Assembly (NCBI GenBank): GCA_035319765.1
Contig: DATHCB010000148.1
Coordinates: 1,076 to 65,075, forward strand
Source of the DNA: Candidatus Bathyarchaeia archaeon
Lineage (GTDB): Archaea; Thermoproteota; Bathyarchaeia; Bathyarchaeales; SOJC01
Length of the DNA: 64,000 nucleotides
Direction of reading: 5' to 3'
Shown: positions 8,884-17,506 of the stretch, piece by piece
Layout: each line of letters opens with the position of its first letter
Numbering within the stretch: position 1 is the first letter of the stretch
Program-made: the position numbers and the translations under genes
Notes under the pieces: model-generated
What the model was told of the DNA's origin: nothing
The model's database searches: none
The model's input: the letters and a program-made list of their open reading frames with translations, nothing else

Positions 8884-10656
8884 TTGAGGAGGATTGCTTC
8901 GAGCCTAATCGTAGCGTTGTTGGTTTTGAGTTTATCCATACTTGCTTTTAATGTTAAGCCAGCCAGAGCACAATCAGGAGGAGCAATCATCATCAATCCT
9001 GACGGAAGCATAAGCAGCCCTGTAACTGCAAATATCACCACTTCCGATGAGATCACGTACACTTTCACGGGCAACAACTATCTGCCCATAGTCGTGGAGA
9101 GGAGTAACATAATCATAAACGGAAATGGCAACACACTCCAAGCCTCCGGAGGATTCGGGTTCTCTCTAACGGACATGAGCAGCGTAACAATAAAAAACAC
9201 TACCATAACAAAAAGCTATTATGGCATTTTTCTAAACTCTTCCTCTAGCAACACTTTGTCCGATAACAACGCCACGGCAAATGGCATTGGCTTTTACCTC
9301 TTCGCTTCATCTAACGATAATACTTTGTCCGGAAACAACGTCAGGGCCAATAGCGTATATGGCATTTATCTTGACAATTCTTCTAGCAACGTTTTGTCTG
9401 ACAACAATATCACGGCGAACCGCCTTTTTGGCATTGACCTTTATTCTTCTTCTGACAACACTTTGTCTGGCAACGTGATGGCAAATAATACTTACAACCT
9501 TGCCGTCTATGGCTTCGTTTTGAGCGATTTCGTGAATTCTATCGATGTTTCAAACCTTGTGAATGGCAAGCCCGTCTATTACTTGATAGGTCAGTCGAAC
9601 GTCCTGATAAGCCCCCAAACCTGTCCCAAGGGCGCTGGATATCTGGGTCTAGTCAACTGCAAGAATATGACGGTGCAAGGACTGACACTCGACAAAAACT
9701 TTCCTGGGCTTCTGATAGCAAATACTAACGACTCAAGAATCGCTGACAACAACGTCACGGCAAGCAGCAATTATGGCATGCTACTTTGCTATTCATCTGG
9801 CGATGTCGCGTCTGGCAACGACATAATAGCAAACGATGCGTACGGCATTTTTGCCTCCTGTCTTAACAACAGTACCCTCTCCGGTAACAACGCCACGGCA
9901 GACTATGGCGGCGGCATTGCGCTCGACTCTTCATCTGGCGATGTCGTGTCTGGCAACAGCTTCACAGCAAACAACGGCGGTGGCGTTGTCCTCTTCTCCT
10001 CTTCAGGCAATAGCATCTTTCATAATGACTTCTGGAATAACGTACCACAAGCGCAAGCGAGTTCGAACTCTAGCAATGCTTGGGATGACGGTTATCCTAG
10101 TGGCGGTAATTACTGGAGCAATTATCAGACAAGGTATCCTAGTGCTATCGCGAATGACAGTTCGGCAATATGGAACACGCCTTATGATGTCGCTAGTAAT
10201 AACATTGACAGATATCCGCTTATGGCGCCGTTCGACAGCTTCAACGTGACTTGGAACAATCAGACATACCCTATCGAAACTGTCAGCAACTCCACGCTTA
10301 GCAACTTCAACTTCAGCGCAACCGCCAAAACACTCACCTTCAACGTGACAGGCACGAGTGGGACAGTGGGCTTCTGCAGAGTTGCTATACCCTTGTCGCT
10401 CATGTCGGGAGAATGGACTGTTACAGTGAACGGTACGCCAATCTCCTATAGCACACTATACGATTCGAACTACACGTACGTCTACTTCAAGTACATGCAG
10501 AGCACGAAAACAGTCCAGATCCAAAGCACAAACGCAGTCCCAGAATTTCAACCCTTCATGCTGCTGCCTTTGTTTATGATAGTAACGCTACTTGGAGCCA
10601 TAGCCTTCAAGAAGCGTGCCAAAAAACTAAATGCTTACGAGTCTAGGCGTCCATGA
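8884..10656 (+). CDS. Secreted NosD-like right-handed parallel beta-helix repeat surface protein with PEF-CTERM-type C-terminal anchor
   Basis: Signal peptide ...ILAFNVKPARAQS. Many SGNN(I/V)T.N repeats. C-terminal fibronectin-like part. The C-terminus AVPEFQPFMLLPLFMIVTLLGAIAFKKRAKK has PEF (10540-10548), a TM helix and a basic cluster. TTG start aligned with MLRRIASS of the paralog. Confidence 0.85.
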   Translation: MRRIASSLIVALLVLSLSILAFNVKPARAQSGGAIIINPDGSISSPVTANITTSDEITYTFTGNNYLPIVVERSNIIINGNGNTLQASGGFGFSLTDMSSVTIKNTTITKSYYGIFLNSSSSNTLSDNNATANGIGFYLFASSNDNTLSGNNVRANSVYGIYLDNSSSNVLSDNNITANRLFGIDLYSSSDNTLSGNVMANNTYNLAVYGFVLSDFVNSIDVSNLVNGKPVYYLIGQSNVLISPQTCPKGAGYLGLVNCKNMTVQGLTLDKNFPGLLIANTNDSRIADNNVTASSNYGMLLCYSSGDVASGNDIIANDAYGIFASCLNNSTLSGNNATADYGGGIALDSSSGDVVSGNSFTANNGGGVVLFSSSGNSIFHNDFWNNVPQAQASSNSSNAWDDGYPSGGNYWSNYQTRYPSAIANDSSAIWNTPYDVASNNIDRYPLMAPFDSFNVTWNNQTYPIETVSNSTLSNFNFSATAKTLTFNVTGTSGTVGFCRVAIPLSLMSGEWTVTVNGTPISYSTLYDSNYTYVYFKYMQSTKTVQIQSTNAVPEFQPFMLLPLFMIVTLLGAIAFKKRAKKLNAYESRRP

Positions 10657-10851
10657 CTGTTTCTCGTTCCTCAAATACTGAGCTAACAAATAGGCCTCTT
10701 CATTAATCAAGGTGTCAAGAGTCTGCTTACTGCCATAACGCATTCTAGGAATCTTAACAACACTTTCAAAGAGACTGTTCAACCTCTCAGCCAAATCGTT
10801 AGTCTCATACTCAACTAAATGAACCCTCTTAAACATCCTCAGCTTCATCAA
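10627..10851 (-). CDS. Small hypothetical protein (74 aa)
   Basis: Non-repetitive helical-looking sequence. Its 3' end overlaps the end of the convergent gene 8884-10656 by 30 nt. No family recognised. Confidence 0.35.
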   Translation of the reverse strand: MMKLRMFKRVHLVEYETNDLAERLNSLFESVVKIPRMRYGSKQTLDTLINEEAYLLAQYLRNEKQSWTPRLVSI

Positions 10852-10990
10852 AAAATCAGTTACGAGAACAAAATCGTTCAGCGTTCAATCAGAAGATCAT
10901 CAATCACATGGCGATACAATTCTAGAGCAGCGCGCGTCAAGAATCGGAACGACGTTGTAAGCACGTATTTAGCGCGGGCAAAAGCGAATC

Positions 10991-11821
10991 TTAGTCTTTC
11001 TTTCTTTTCTTAGTAATAATTCCTTTCAGCAGTATTGCAGCAGCCAGTAGCGAAGTCATGCTCAGCCAAGGTGCTAGAAGGCTGAACATGGGTGTTGGTG
11101 CTGCGGCTCCGCCGACTGAAGGCGTTGGTAGCGAATATGTAATTTCCAAGTATGGTTCAGCGGACCATTCGGCTCCATCGCTTAAAGGGCTTGTCTCGTT
11201 CAAGTAATCGTGGACATATTCTCTGAGGCATATTTCGGTTATTCCACCTTTACTAATGTCGCCGATTCCTTGAGAGTTGAAAGCCATCGTATAGTTTTCA
11301 CGCAGGTCGCCTCTTATTTCTACTACTCCGTAAGGATTTCCTGAAAAACTGTTCCAGTCACTTGTGGTTAACGGCGTTGCTTGCGTTCCTCTCTGTGCGG
11401 ATACGTTTACATCGCCAGAATATGGTGCAGCGTACAGATTAAGCGTGACTGAACTCATTATTGCATTCTGCGGTATTGAAGAGGTATTAAAGTATTCAAA
11501 GACTCTACTAATGGTATAAGTAAAGCCTGTGAATGAAAATGATTCAGAAACCAGATTTTTGTCTCCAATCTGCAAATTAGATCCGTTACGGCATTTGACC
11601 CAAGATGTGATGGGATTACCCGAGCTCGCGTTTGAAATTAATCCTTCTTCAGACCGTGTTGAATACACATGGACAGTTATTGGACTTGCTAGCGCTTTCG
11701 GAATGGAGAATTGGAATAGCCCAATAAGGAGGAAGGTCACAAGAAAGACTGCGGCAATCTTTATTTTGCTCGTTCTCGAACGCGCGCGAAGTACTGTTGC
11801 CTCAAGCATTGAGGTTTTCAT
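10991..11821 (-). CDS. Secreted protein of unknown function with an LAPWL...LLKGIITKK C-terminal anchor cassette
   Basis: N-terminal TM/signal IKIAAVFLVTFLLIGLFQFSIPKALA. C-terminus SLLAPWLSMTSLLAAAILLKGIITKKRKKD is shared with CDS 15539-17110. Confidence 0.75.
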   Translation of the reverse strand: MKTSMLEATVLRARSRTSKIKIAAVFLVTFLLIGLFQFSIPKALASPITVHVYSTRSEEGLISNASSGNPITSWVKCRNGSNLQIGDKNLVSESFSFTGFTYTISRVFEYFNTSSIPQNAIMSSVTLNLYAAPYSGDVNVSAQRGTQATPLTTSDWNSFSGNPYGVVEIRGDLRENYTMAFNSQGIGDISKGGITEICLREYVHDYLNETSPLSDGAEWSAEPYLEITYSLPTPSVGGAAAPTPMFSLLAPWLSMTSLLAAAILLKGIITKKRKKD

Positions 11822-11973
11822 TATTACTTTATTCCTAAATTAGCCTGTCTACGGCAGGCACTCTCAATGAAACGCTCGTTTATAATGAGGTTATTAGGCT
11901 TTGTTACCCCCTCTTCTCCATATCCTGATTTCATTCGGTTCTATCATAGGTTCTCATAGCGTGGGCTTTTTTT

Positions 11974-12004
11974 GGGTTTGGGTTTGGGGGGTAAAGTTTT
12001 ATCC
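11974..12004 (-). repeat. 16-mer family copy b (reverse-complement core GGGTAAAGTTTTATCC at 11989-12004, preceded by GGGTTTGGGTTTGGG)
   Basis: Read directly. Lies 168 nt upstream of the minus-strand start at 11821. On the gene strand it reads GGATAAAACTTTACCCCCCAAACCCAAACCC. Confidence 0.8.
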
Positions 12005-12011
12005 AACAAAA

Positions 12012-12063
12012 ACAACGGACGACCACAACGGACGACCACAACGGACGACCACACAGGACGACG
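12012..12063. repeat. Tandem 13-nt repeat ACAACGGACGACC x3 perfect plus one degenerate unit, within a T-free tract (12003-12065)
   Basis: Units at 12012-12024, 12025-12037 and 12038-12050, with a degenerate unit at 12051-12063. No T from 12003 to 12065. Confidence 0.8.
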
Positions 12064-12231
12064 ACTAACCACGACTACGACCACCGACCACGACGACGGA
12101 CGATCACGACGGACGGATGGTGTAAAAATAGTCGTAACTTCAATCTACGGTATACTCGATCGAATACACATCTGGATGCTACTGGAACAGAGTGAAGGCA
12201 GGATAGCTAGTAGTACAAGAGAGTCAAAAGT

Positions 12232-12249
12232 GGACAAAAACTTACCCCC
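12232..12249 (+). repeat. 16-mer family copy c, degenerate (GGACAAAAACTTACCCCC)
   Basis: Read directly, in an intergenic region. Confidence 0.5.
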
Positions 12250-12281
12250 TTATAGCAGCGCGCTATCGTGGCACATGCTAA

Positions 12282-12647
12282 TCATGCTACTTGGCCGTAC
12301 TTTTCCTTGCATTTGAGAAAATCTTTTGCCATATCAAAAGGCCTTGTTAACATGCTTATCTTAATGTGTTCCTTCCTTCCATTTTCCCACAAGACAGTTT
12401 TATGCATCCAGACGCCCACAGGGAGTGGGAAGGTATAATGAATGTTCTTTATGCTCTTTAACTTGTATTCGGGGGTGAAAACGAGCTGATTCTTGTTTCG
12501 GACCATCTTCCATTTGATGCCAGGGGTGTATTTCATATTCCCGCGCGAAGATAGAATGAACCAATTTCTTGTAGTCAACGGGACACGCGCGCTAAATACT
12601 GAGCCAACGATCAAGCACTTGCTCCAAGACCGAAAACAGTAGTACAA
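12282..12647 (-). CDS. Hypothetical protein; probable true start at ATG 12536 (MKYTPGIKW...)
   Basis: The ORF-track N-terminus overlaps CDS 12592-12789. The shorter version removes the overlap. No family recognised. Confidence 0.35.
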   Translation of the reverse strand: MYYCFRSWSKCLIVGSVFSARVPLTTRNWFILSSRGNMKYTPGIKWKMVRNKNQLVFTPEYKLKSIKNIHYTFPLPVGVWMHKTVLWENGRKEHIKISMLTRPFDMAKDFLKCKEKYGQVA

Positions 12648-12789
12648 AAGCGACTATTACAACACAGAGAACGAAAAGAACGGCTAACGGTAGTGACACG
12701 ATGGCAAAAATAGCGTACCCTGCATATCCTACGAGAAGCAGGATCAACAAGGCTATGATTACAACAAGTATCTTACGAATATCGGTCAT
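12592..12789 (-). CDS. Small two-helix membrane protein (65 aa)
   Basis: Strongly hydrophobic. The ATGA start/stop overlap with the upstream gene (12786-12789) suggests translational coupling. Confidence 0.45.
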   Translation of the reverse strand: MTDIRKILVVIIALLILLLVGYAGYAIFAIVSLPLAVLFVLCVVIVAFVLLFSVLEQVLDRWLSI

Positions 12790-13466
12790 TTTACGTCACA
12801 TCCACAATTCTCGGAATCCATAACTGCTTCGCGCGCGCTGTGCAGAAGTGACAATTGAGGATTTTGTGTGCCTGCTGAATGTTGTGTAACTTCCTTTCTT
12901 GCTCTCTGAAATGAGAAGAGCGCACGCGTCTTCAGTGGTGAAGTTCTGATTAGCAGAACGCCTGTGCCTATCCCGAAGGTTCCCTTAGCGTCCCACATCC
13001 CAAACGCCACGAAGTCCCAGATCGTGAGTGCCCTCGCCCCCGGCATAATGCTTTGATCAATTGCATGCCTCAGGAGCGCCGTAGCAACAAGACACGTAAA
13101 CGCTCCCCATAGAATGACAAGGAGGCTTAGAGAGATTACTTCTGCTCTAGAGGGTTGTGCCTCTCGTCTCTGATGCCCATAGACGTACATGGTTATGCCA
13201 ATTATCAAGAGAGCCATTATAGAAACGTTCAGCCCATAGAACATCGTATAGAACAGACTATAATTTAGCACGGGCGGTGATGCGATGGCTAAGAAGAAAG
13301 AAATGCCGAAAAACCAGAAGGTAGAGAACACGGATACTAATGGCGCGAACAAAATCAGAACGTAGCCAACATGAATATATCGAATGATCCCTGCCTCAAG
13401 TTCTGCTTTTCTCTCGTCAGGCTTAAGCCTTTCTAACTCAATATTTGCGAAACGAAAAACAGTCAT
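12786..13466 (-). CDS. Multi-pass membrane protein, function unknown
   Basis: Four to five hydrophobic helices. Divergent from the Lrp-type regulator gene. Confidence 0.6.
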   Translation of the reverse strand: MTVFRFANIELERLKPDERKAELEAGIIRYIHVGYVLILFAPLVSVFSTFWFFGISFFLAIASPPVLNYSLFYTMFYGLNVSIMALLIIGITMYVYGHQRREAQPSRAEVISLSLLVILWGAFTCLVATALLRHAIDQSIMPGARALTIWDFVAFGMWDAKGTFGIGTGVLLIRTSPLKTRALFSFQRARKEVTQHSAGTQNPQLSLLHSAREAVMDSENCGCDVK

Positions 13467-13600
13467 GGACGCCTAGACTCGTAGCTGTTTAGCTTAAGAT
13501 TTGGCGGTCGAGCCACTTCTCATGTTTTTCAGGATCTCTATTATGCCGTTAACCCTGCTGTGACGCAAGAACATATAAGAATGAATTGTAAGAAAACGAA

Positions 13601-14173
13601 TTGTGGTTGATTAGCGAATTGAGTGAAAACGAGAAGGCTCAAATCAGAGATATCGAACTCAAAGTGCTCGCCGAGTTGATGAGGGATAGTCATAAGAGCG
13701 ACAGAGAACTCGCCAAAATAATAGGCGTTTCTCAGCCTACCGTAACGAGAGTTAGAACCAAGCTGGAAAGGGAAGGAATAATCAAAGAGTACACTCTCAT
13801 TCCTGATTTCAGGAAACTTGGCTATCAACTAATGGCTTTCCTGTTTATGGGAAAGCCAGAAACCACGGAAAACGAGAAGAGCGAAGAACTGAGGAAAGCA
13901 GTGGCCGAAATGGAAGATAGGACTCCTATTGCGACACTGACAGTTGCGGATGGGGAAGGCCTAGGGAAAGGAAGAGTGGTCGTCATCCTGCTTAAAGACT
14001 ATTCAAGCTACCTAGAAAAACTTGACATGGTAAGAAACCTTCCTAACGTTGAAGCCGAAAACATGGAAGGTTTCTTGGTTGATCTGTGTAATGAACGCAA
14101 CTTCCGCATTCTTTCGATGAAACAACTAGCTCACCATATCGAAGCCTTTCGGAAACCCGCAGAGAAAGACTAG
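13601..14173 (+). CDS. HTH-type transcriptional regulator (Lrp/AsnC-like N-terminal winged helix)
   Basis: DRELAKIIGVSQPTVTRVRTKLEREGIIKEYTLIPDFRKLGY is the typical Lrp/AsnC HTH plus linker. TTG start uncertain. Confidence 0.7.
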   Translation: MWLISELSENEKAQIRDIELKVLAELMRDSHKSDRELAKIIGVSQPTVTRVRTKLEREGIIKEYTLIPDFRKLGYQLMAFLFMGKPETTENEKSEELRKAVAEMEDRTPIATLTVADGEGLGKGRVVVILLKDYSSYLEKLDMVRNLPNVEAENMEGFLVDLCNERNFRILSMKQLAHHIEAFRKPAEKD

Positions 14174-14317
14174 ACCTTTCTCACTTCTTTTCTCTGTCTT
14201 CTACTTCCTAATATTCTATTCAAGAAAATGAATAAGGCACACTTGTTTGTATTTTTTTGTTTGTATGTGTGTAGAGAGAGAGGGTGAGAGAGTAAGAAGC
14301 AGTTAGAAGAAGAAAAA

Positions 14318-14333
14318 GGATAAAACTTTACCC
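14318..14333 (+). repeat. 16-mer family copy d (GGATAAAACTTTACCC), flanked by AGAAGAAGAAAAA / TTTTTCTTATTC
   Basis: Read directly. Lies between convergent genes. The left flank 14250-14317 is the reverse complement of the right flank of copy a. Confidence 0.8.
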
Positions 14334-14383
14334 TTTTTCTTATTCATTAGCGCTTCTTCTCTAGTTGGGTAATTCAACGCGCG

Positions 14384-15223
14384 CTAGGCTTTCTCGAATT
14401 CTATTATGTAAAAGGGCCATGATGTGTTAACGATGGCAGAGTATACAATGTCCCATGATACCCTCAGGTTTCTCACGTTTGTTGGTAACAAGGCGGTAGG
14501 CGGTCCACTCTTATTTAGAGCGTTGGTTTTGATCAGGAATTTTCCAAAAAAGGTTTTTTGTTTTTCTGATGAGAGTCCTTCGTCAACTATTGCTATCTTG
14601 GAGTCGTATTTTGCGACGCGCACTATTTCATCGAGAGCTTTGCTTTTGTCTCCAAAGGTGTTAATGCCGCCTACGTGTATCACCGCATCGAAGGAGTTTT
14701 CTTTATATGGGAGGTATGAAGCAGTTGCTCTTTGCAGCTCAACATTTTTCCACTTCTTCCTCTCTGTTTTCATTTTTGCATAAGCCAGCATCCCGTTGGA
14801 AATATCCATCGCGAGGAGTTTTCCTTGCGAACCAATTTGGCTCTTGATGAAAGAAAGGTTTCTTCCCGTCCCTGTTGAGATGTCCAGAACACTTGCACCC
14901 CTCCTTATTCGCAATCGCTTCACCCATGAGTACCTTTCAAATGGCTCAAGTCCAACGCTGAACAAGGGCTCAAGGTAACTCATGATAATATCATAACTTA
15001 ATGCCATTCTGTCGTACGTGAACATCCATTTTCTATCCTGCTCATTCAACATTTTAGGCAAAAGAAAATCCGGAATTCCATTCTTGATTTTATATATTTG
15101 ACCGCACGATTCACACTCAAGTAATCCAGACGAAACTACATCGTCAGAATCATCATGAGTTTCTAACTCCAAATCACCATGGCACATTGGGCAGCAAAGA
15201 AATCGAAGTACATCTTTCCTCAT
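14384..15223 (-). CDS. Class I SAM-dependent methyltransferase with N-terminal Trm112-like zinc ribbon
   Basis: CCPMCHG...CESCGQIYKIKNGIPDF zinc ribbon. SAM motif I VLDISTGTGRN. Confidence 0.85.
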   Translation of the reverse strand: MRKDVLRFLCCPMCHGDLELETHDDSDDVVSSGLLECESCGQIYKIKNGIPDFLLPKMLNEQDRKWMFTYDRMALSYDIIMSYLEPLFSVGLEPFERYSWVKRLRIRRGASVLDISTGTGRNLSFIKSQIGSQGKLLAMDISNGMLAYAKMKTERKKWKNVELQRATASYLPYKENSFDAVIHVGGINTFGDKSKALDEIVRVAKYDSKIAIVDEGLSSEKQKTFFGKFLIKTNALNKSGPPTALLPTNVRNLRVSWDIVYSAIVNTSWPFYIIEFEKA

Positions 15224-15329
15224 GGCTCTCTAATTTTCTCCCCAGTAGTATATTTTTCTTAAAGACAAAAATCATCGCATCGAAAATGAAAGCAATCACT
15301 AACATTCACAACATTAGCAATCCGATTTT

Positions 15330-15368
15330 GGGTTGGGTTTGGGATAAAACTTTACCCCCAACCCAACC
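15330..15368 (+). repeat. 16-mer family copy e with full hairpin arms: GGGTTGGGTTTGGG-ATAAAACTTTA-CCCCCAACCCAACC
   Basis: Core at 15342-15357. About a 12-bp stem with one bulge. Lies 182 nt upstream of the CDS 15539 start and 119 nt upstream of the divergent start at 15223. Confidence 0.85.
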
Positions 15369-15376
15369 ACGTATAC

Positions 15377-15393
15377 GAGAGAGACAGAGAGAG
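15377..15393. repeat. Perfect polypurine mirror repeat GAGAGAGACAGAGAGAG
   Basis: Mirror-symmetric about C15385. Immediately follows copy e. Confidence 0.7.
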
Positions 15394-15538
15394 GGCGCAT
15401 AAGCGTATACGCTAGATAAAACCGTAGCATTCACGAGCACAGCATTACAATTATGCAAACACCTTATTGTGCGCATAGAACTTTGTTCCAAAAGCGTTAT
15501 TTCTCAGTAGCCTGAGGATACTCACTGAGGGAGAATAG

Positions 15539-17110
15539 TTGAATTCGAAGTTTTCTTCGTTGTTAGTTCTATCACTGCTGGTTAGCATGTGCACGGTGTG
15601 TTTTAACTTTCGGCCAGCGAAGGCTGGCACAAGCTCTCAATCAGGACTCGTACAAGCTGCGAATACCGATTGGTGGTCCATGTTCCACCACGACCCAGCG
15701 CACTCTGGATACTCAACCTCAAGAGCTACATACACAAACCAAACCTTATGGACCTACATGACTGGTGGTGGTGTGTATACTTCTCCCGCCGTTGCATATG
15801 GAACGGTCTTCGTAGGTTCATACGATGGCAACATTTATGCTTTGAATGCTTCTACAGGCGCCTTCATGTGGCGCTACACGACTGATGGCGGTCCCGCTGA
15901 TCCCGCCGTCTCCGATGGCGTAGTGTTCGTCGGTTCGGGTGAGGGTTATGTTTACGCTTTGAACGCTTCCACTGGAAGCCTCATATGGATATTCGCAACT
16001 AGCGGTGCTGGTGGTGTCAACGTTGTTCTAACTGCACCTACCGTTACTGGCGGTCTGGTCTATCTTGGCTCAATGAACGGTTACCTATACGCTTTGAACG
16101 CTTCCACTGGCACGTTAGTTTGGAGCTACGAATATGGAGAAACGGGAAACTGGGAGGGATCGTCTCCGGCTGTTGAGGGTGGAGTGGTTTACGTCGGTTC
16201 AAACGATTATTACGTCTATGCTCTAAACGCTTCCACGGGGGAACTCGTGTGGCGCTCGGGAAAGTTTCCTTTCGGCTTAACCATGTCTTCTTCTCCTGCC
16301 GTTGTTGGTGGCATGGTCTATGTGAACATGGGCAGCGATTACAATTATTTTTATGCATTGAACGCTTCGACCGGTGCAGTCGTGTGGTGGTACGTGACGC
16401 ACGGTGCATACAGTGCTCCATTGCTTTCTTCTCCAGCCGTTGTTAACGGCGTGGTTTACGTGGGCTCAGATGATTATCACGTTTACGCTCTGAACGCTTC
16501 TACGGGCGCATTCCTGTGGACTTTCGCGACTGGTGGTATTGTGGAGTCTTCTCCTGCCGTTGCTGGTGGCATTGTTTATGTGGGGTCATGGGATGGTAGG
16601 GTTTACGCCTTGGATGCTTTGACTGGCGCATTGCTTTGGAGCTACAAGACTGGCGGTATTGAGTCTTCTCCCGCAGTTGTCAATGGCGTCGTTTACGTGG
16701 GCTCAGACGACGACGAGGTTTATGCTTTTAGCTCGCAAACTTATTCTGTGTCTTTCTCCGAGTCAGGTCTCCCTAGTGGAACTGTCTGGTCTGTAACTTT
16801 TAACGGGATGACATCCAGAGGCAGCCATAGCATCGTAACCTTCTCTGGAGTAAAGAATGGCAGTTACTCATACACAGTTGGCAGCGTTCCAGACTACACG
16901 GCTTCTTCATCGACGGGATCAGTGACAGTAAACGGCGCAAACGCAAGCGTACTTGTAACATTCACAAAAGCAGCACCAGTCGGTGGAGTCTCGGTATCAG
17001 TGACTACGTTAAGCTTCTTAGCACCTTGGCTAACCATAATCACGCTACTAGCTACTTCAGTTCTACTAAAAGGGATTATTACGAAGAAAAATAGAAGGGC
17101 AGGATTCTAA
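15539..17110 (+). CDS. Secreted PQQ-like (BamB-type) beta-propeller repeat protein with C-terminal Ig-like domain and LAPWL...LLKGIITKK anchor cassette
   Basis: Eight repeats of the V(Y/F)VGS.DG.(V/I)YALNASTG...W type. Signal peptide ...FNFRPAKA. C-terminus SFLAPWLTIITLLATSVLLKGIITKKNRR, with LAPWL at 17018-17032. Confidence 0.85.
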   Translation: MNSKFSSLLVLSLLVSMCTVCFNFRPAKAGTSSQSGLVQAANTDWWSMFHHDPAHSGYSTSRATYTNQTLWTYMTGGGVYTSPAVAYGTVFVGSYDGNIYALNASTGAFMWRYTTDGGPADPAVSDGVVFVGSGEGYVYALNASTGSLIWIFATSGAGGVNVVLTAPTVTGGLVYLGSMNGYLYALNASTGTLVWSYEYGETGNWEGSSPAVEGGVVYVGSNDYYVYALNASTGELVWRSGKFPFGLTMSSSPAVVGGMVYVNMGSDYNYFYALNASTGAVVWWYVTHGAYSAPLLSSPAVVNGVVYVGSDDYHVYALNASTGAFLWTFATGGIVESSPAVAGGIVYVGSWDGRVYALDALTGALLWSYKTGGIESSPAVVNGVVYVGSDDDEVYAFSSQTYSVSFSESGLPSGTVWSVTFNGMTSRGSHSIVTFSGVKNGSYSYTVGSVPDYTASSSTGSVTVNGANASVLVTFTKAAPVGGVSVSVTTLSFLAPWLTIITLLATSVLLKGIITKKNRRAGF

Positions 17111-17141
17111 AAGCACGCGGTTTTTACAGAGCATTCTACTT

Positions 17142-17171
17142 GGGTTTGGGTTTGGGACAAAACTTTACCCC
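17142..17171 (+). repeat. 16-mer family copy f (GGGTTTGGGTTTGGG-ACAAAACTTTACCCC), followed by a G-free tract 17157-17198
   Basis: Read directly. Lies 32 nt after the stop of CDS 15539-17110 and 336 nt upstream of the CDS 17507 start. Confidence 0.75.
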
Positions 17172-17460
17172 AATCAACCACCAACCAATCAACCAATTGA
17201 CAACTGACTACTGATTCTGGCATTCAGGAAAAGGCATATTGAAGAGCAGGAAACATGGTTCAGAACGCACAGTGCTTCTGATGTTGATAGCTCAAGGGGC
17301 ATAGTAGTAAAAATCAAGACCATAATAGGGTGCGGTATAGGGGTAATCGGAATCGAGGTTACGGTCATTCTGTAAAGAAGGGGCTTAAACCCTTAAGGAA
17401 GATTGACTCCGTCGATCTACACGTGTTATCTCTTCTCTGATAGAATCGGCGTAGAACCTT

Positions 17461-17480
17461 GTTTCAAAAATCTTATTTCC
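17461..17480 (+). promoter_or_regulatory. Candidate promoter box GTTTCAAAAATCTTATTTCC (paralog of 8827-8847)
   Basis: Conserved with the region upstream of CDS 8884. Lies about 30-45 nt before the start codon. Confidence 0.4.
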
Positions 17481-17506
17481 AGCCAAGTGTTGATTAAATT
17501 AGGGAC

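Noticed and set aside
11974-11991. The telomere-like or G-quadruplex-like GGGTTTGGGTTTGGGGGG (also at 17142-17156 and 15330-15343).
   Set aside because: There are only three G-tracts per site, and at the complete copies they pair with a complementary C-tract. A duplex hairpin or palindrome arm is the simpler reading. A G4 cannot be supported from sequence alone.
11972-12316. 114-aa ORF (…GRPQRTTTTDDHTGRRLTTTTTTDHDDGRSRRTDG…).
   Set aside because: It is a translation of the T-free tract and the 13-nt tandem repeat next to 16-mer copy b. It is a low-complexity artefact.
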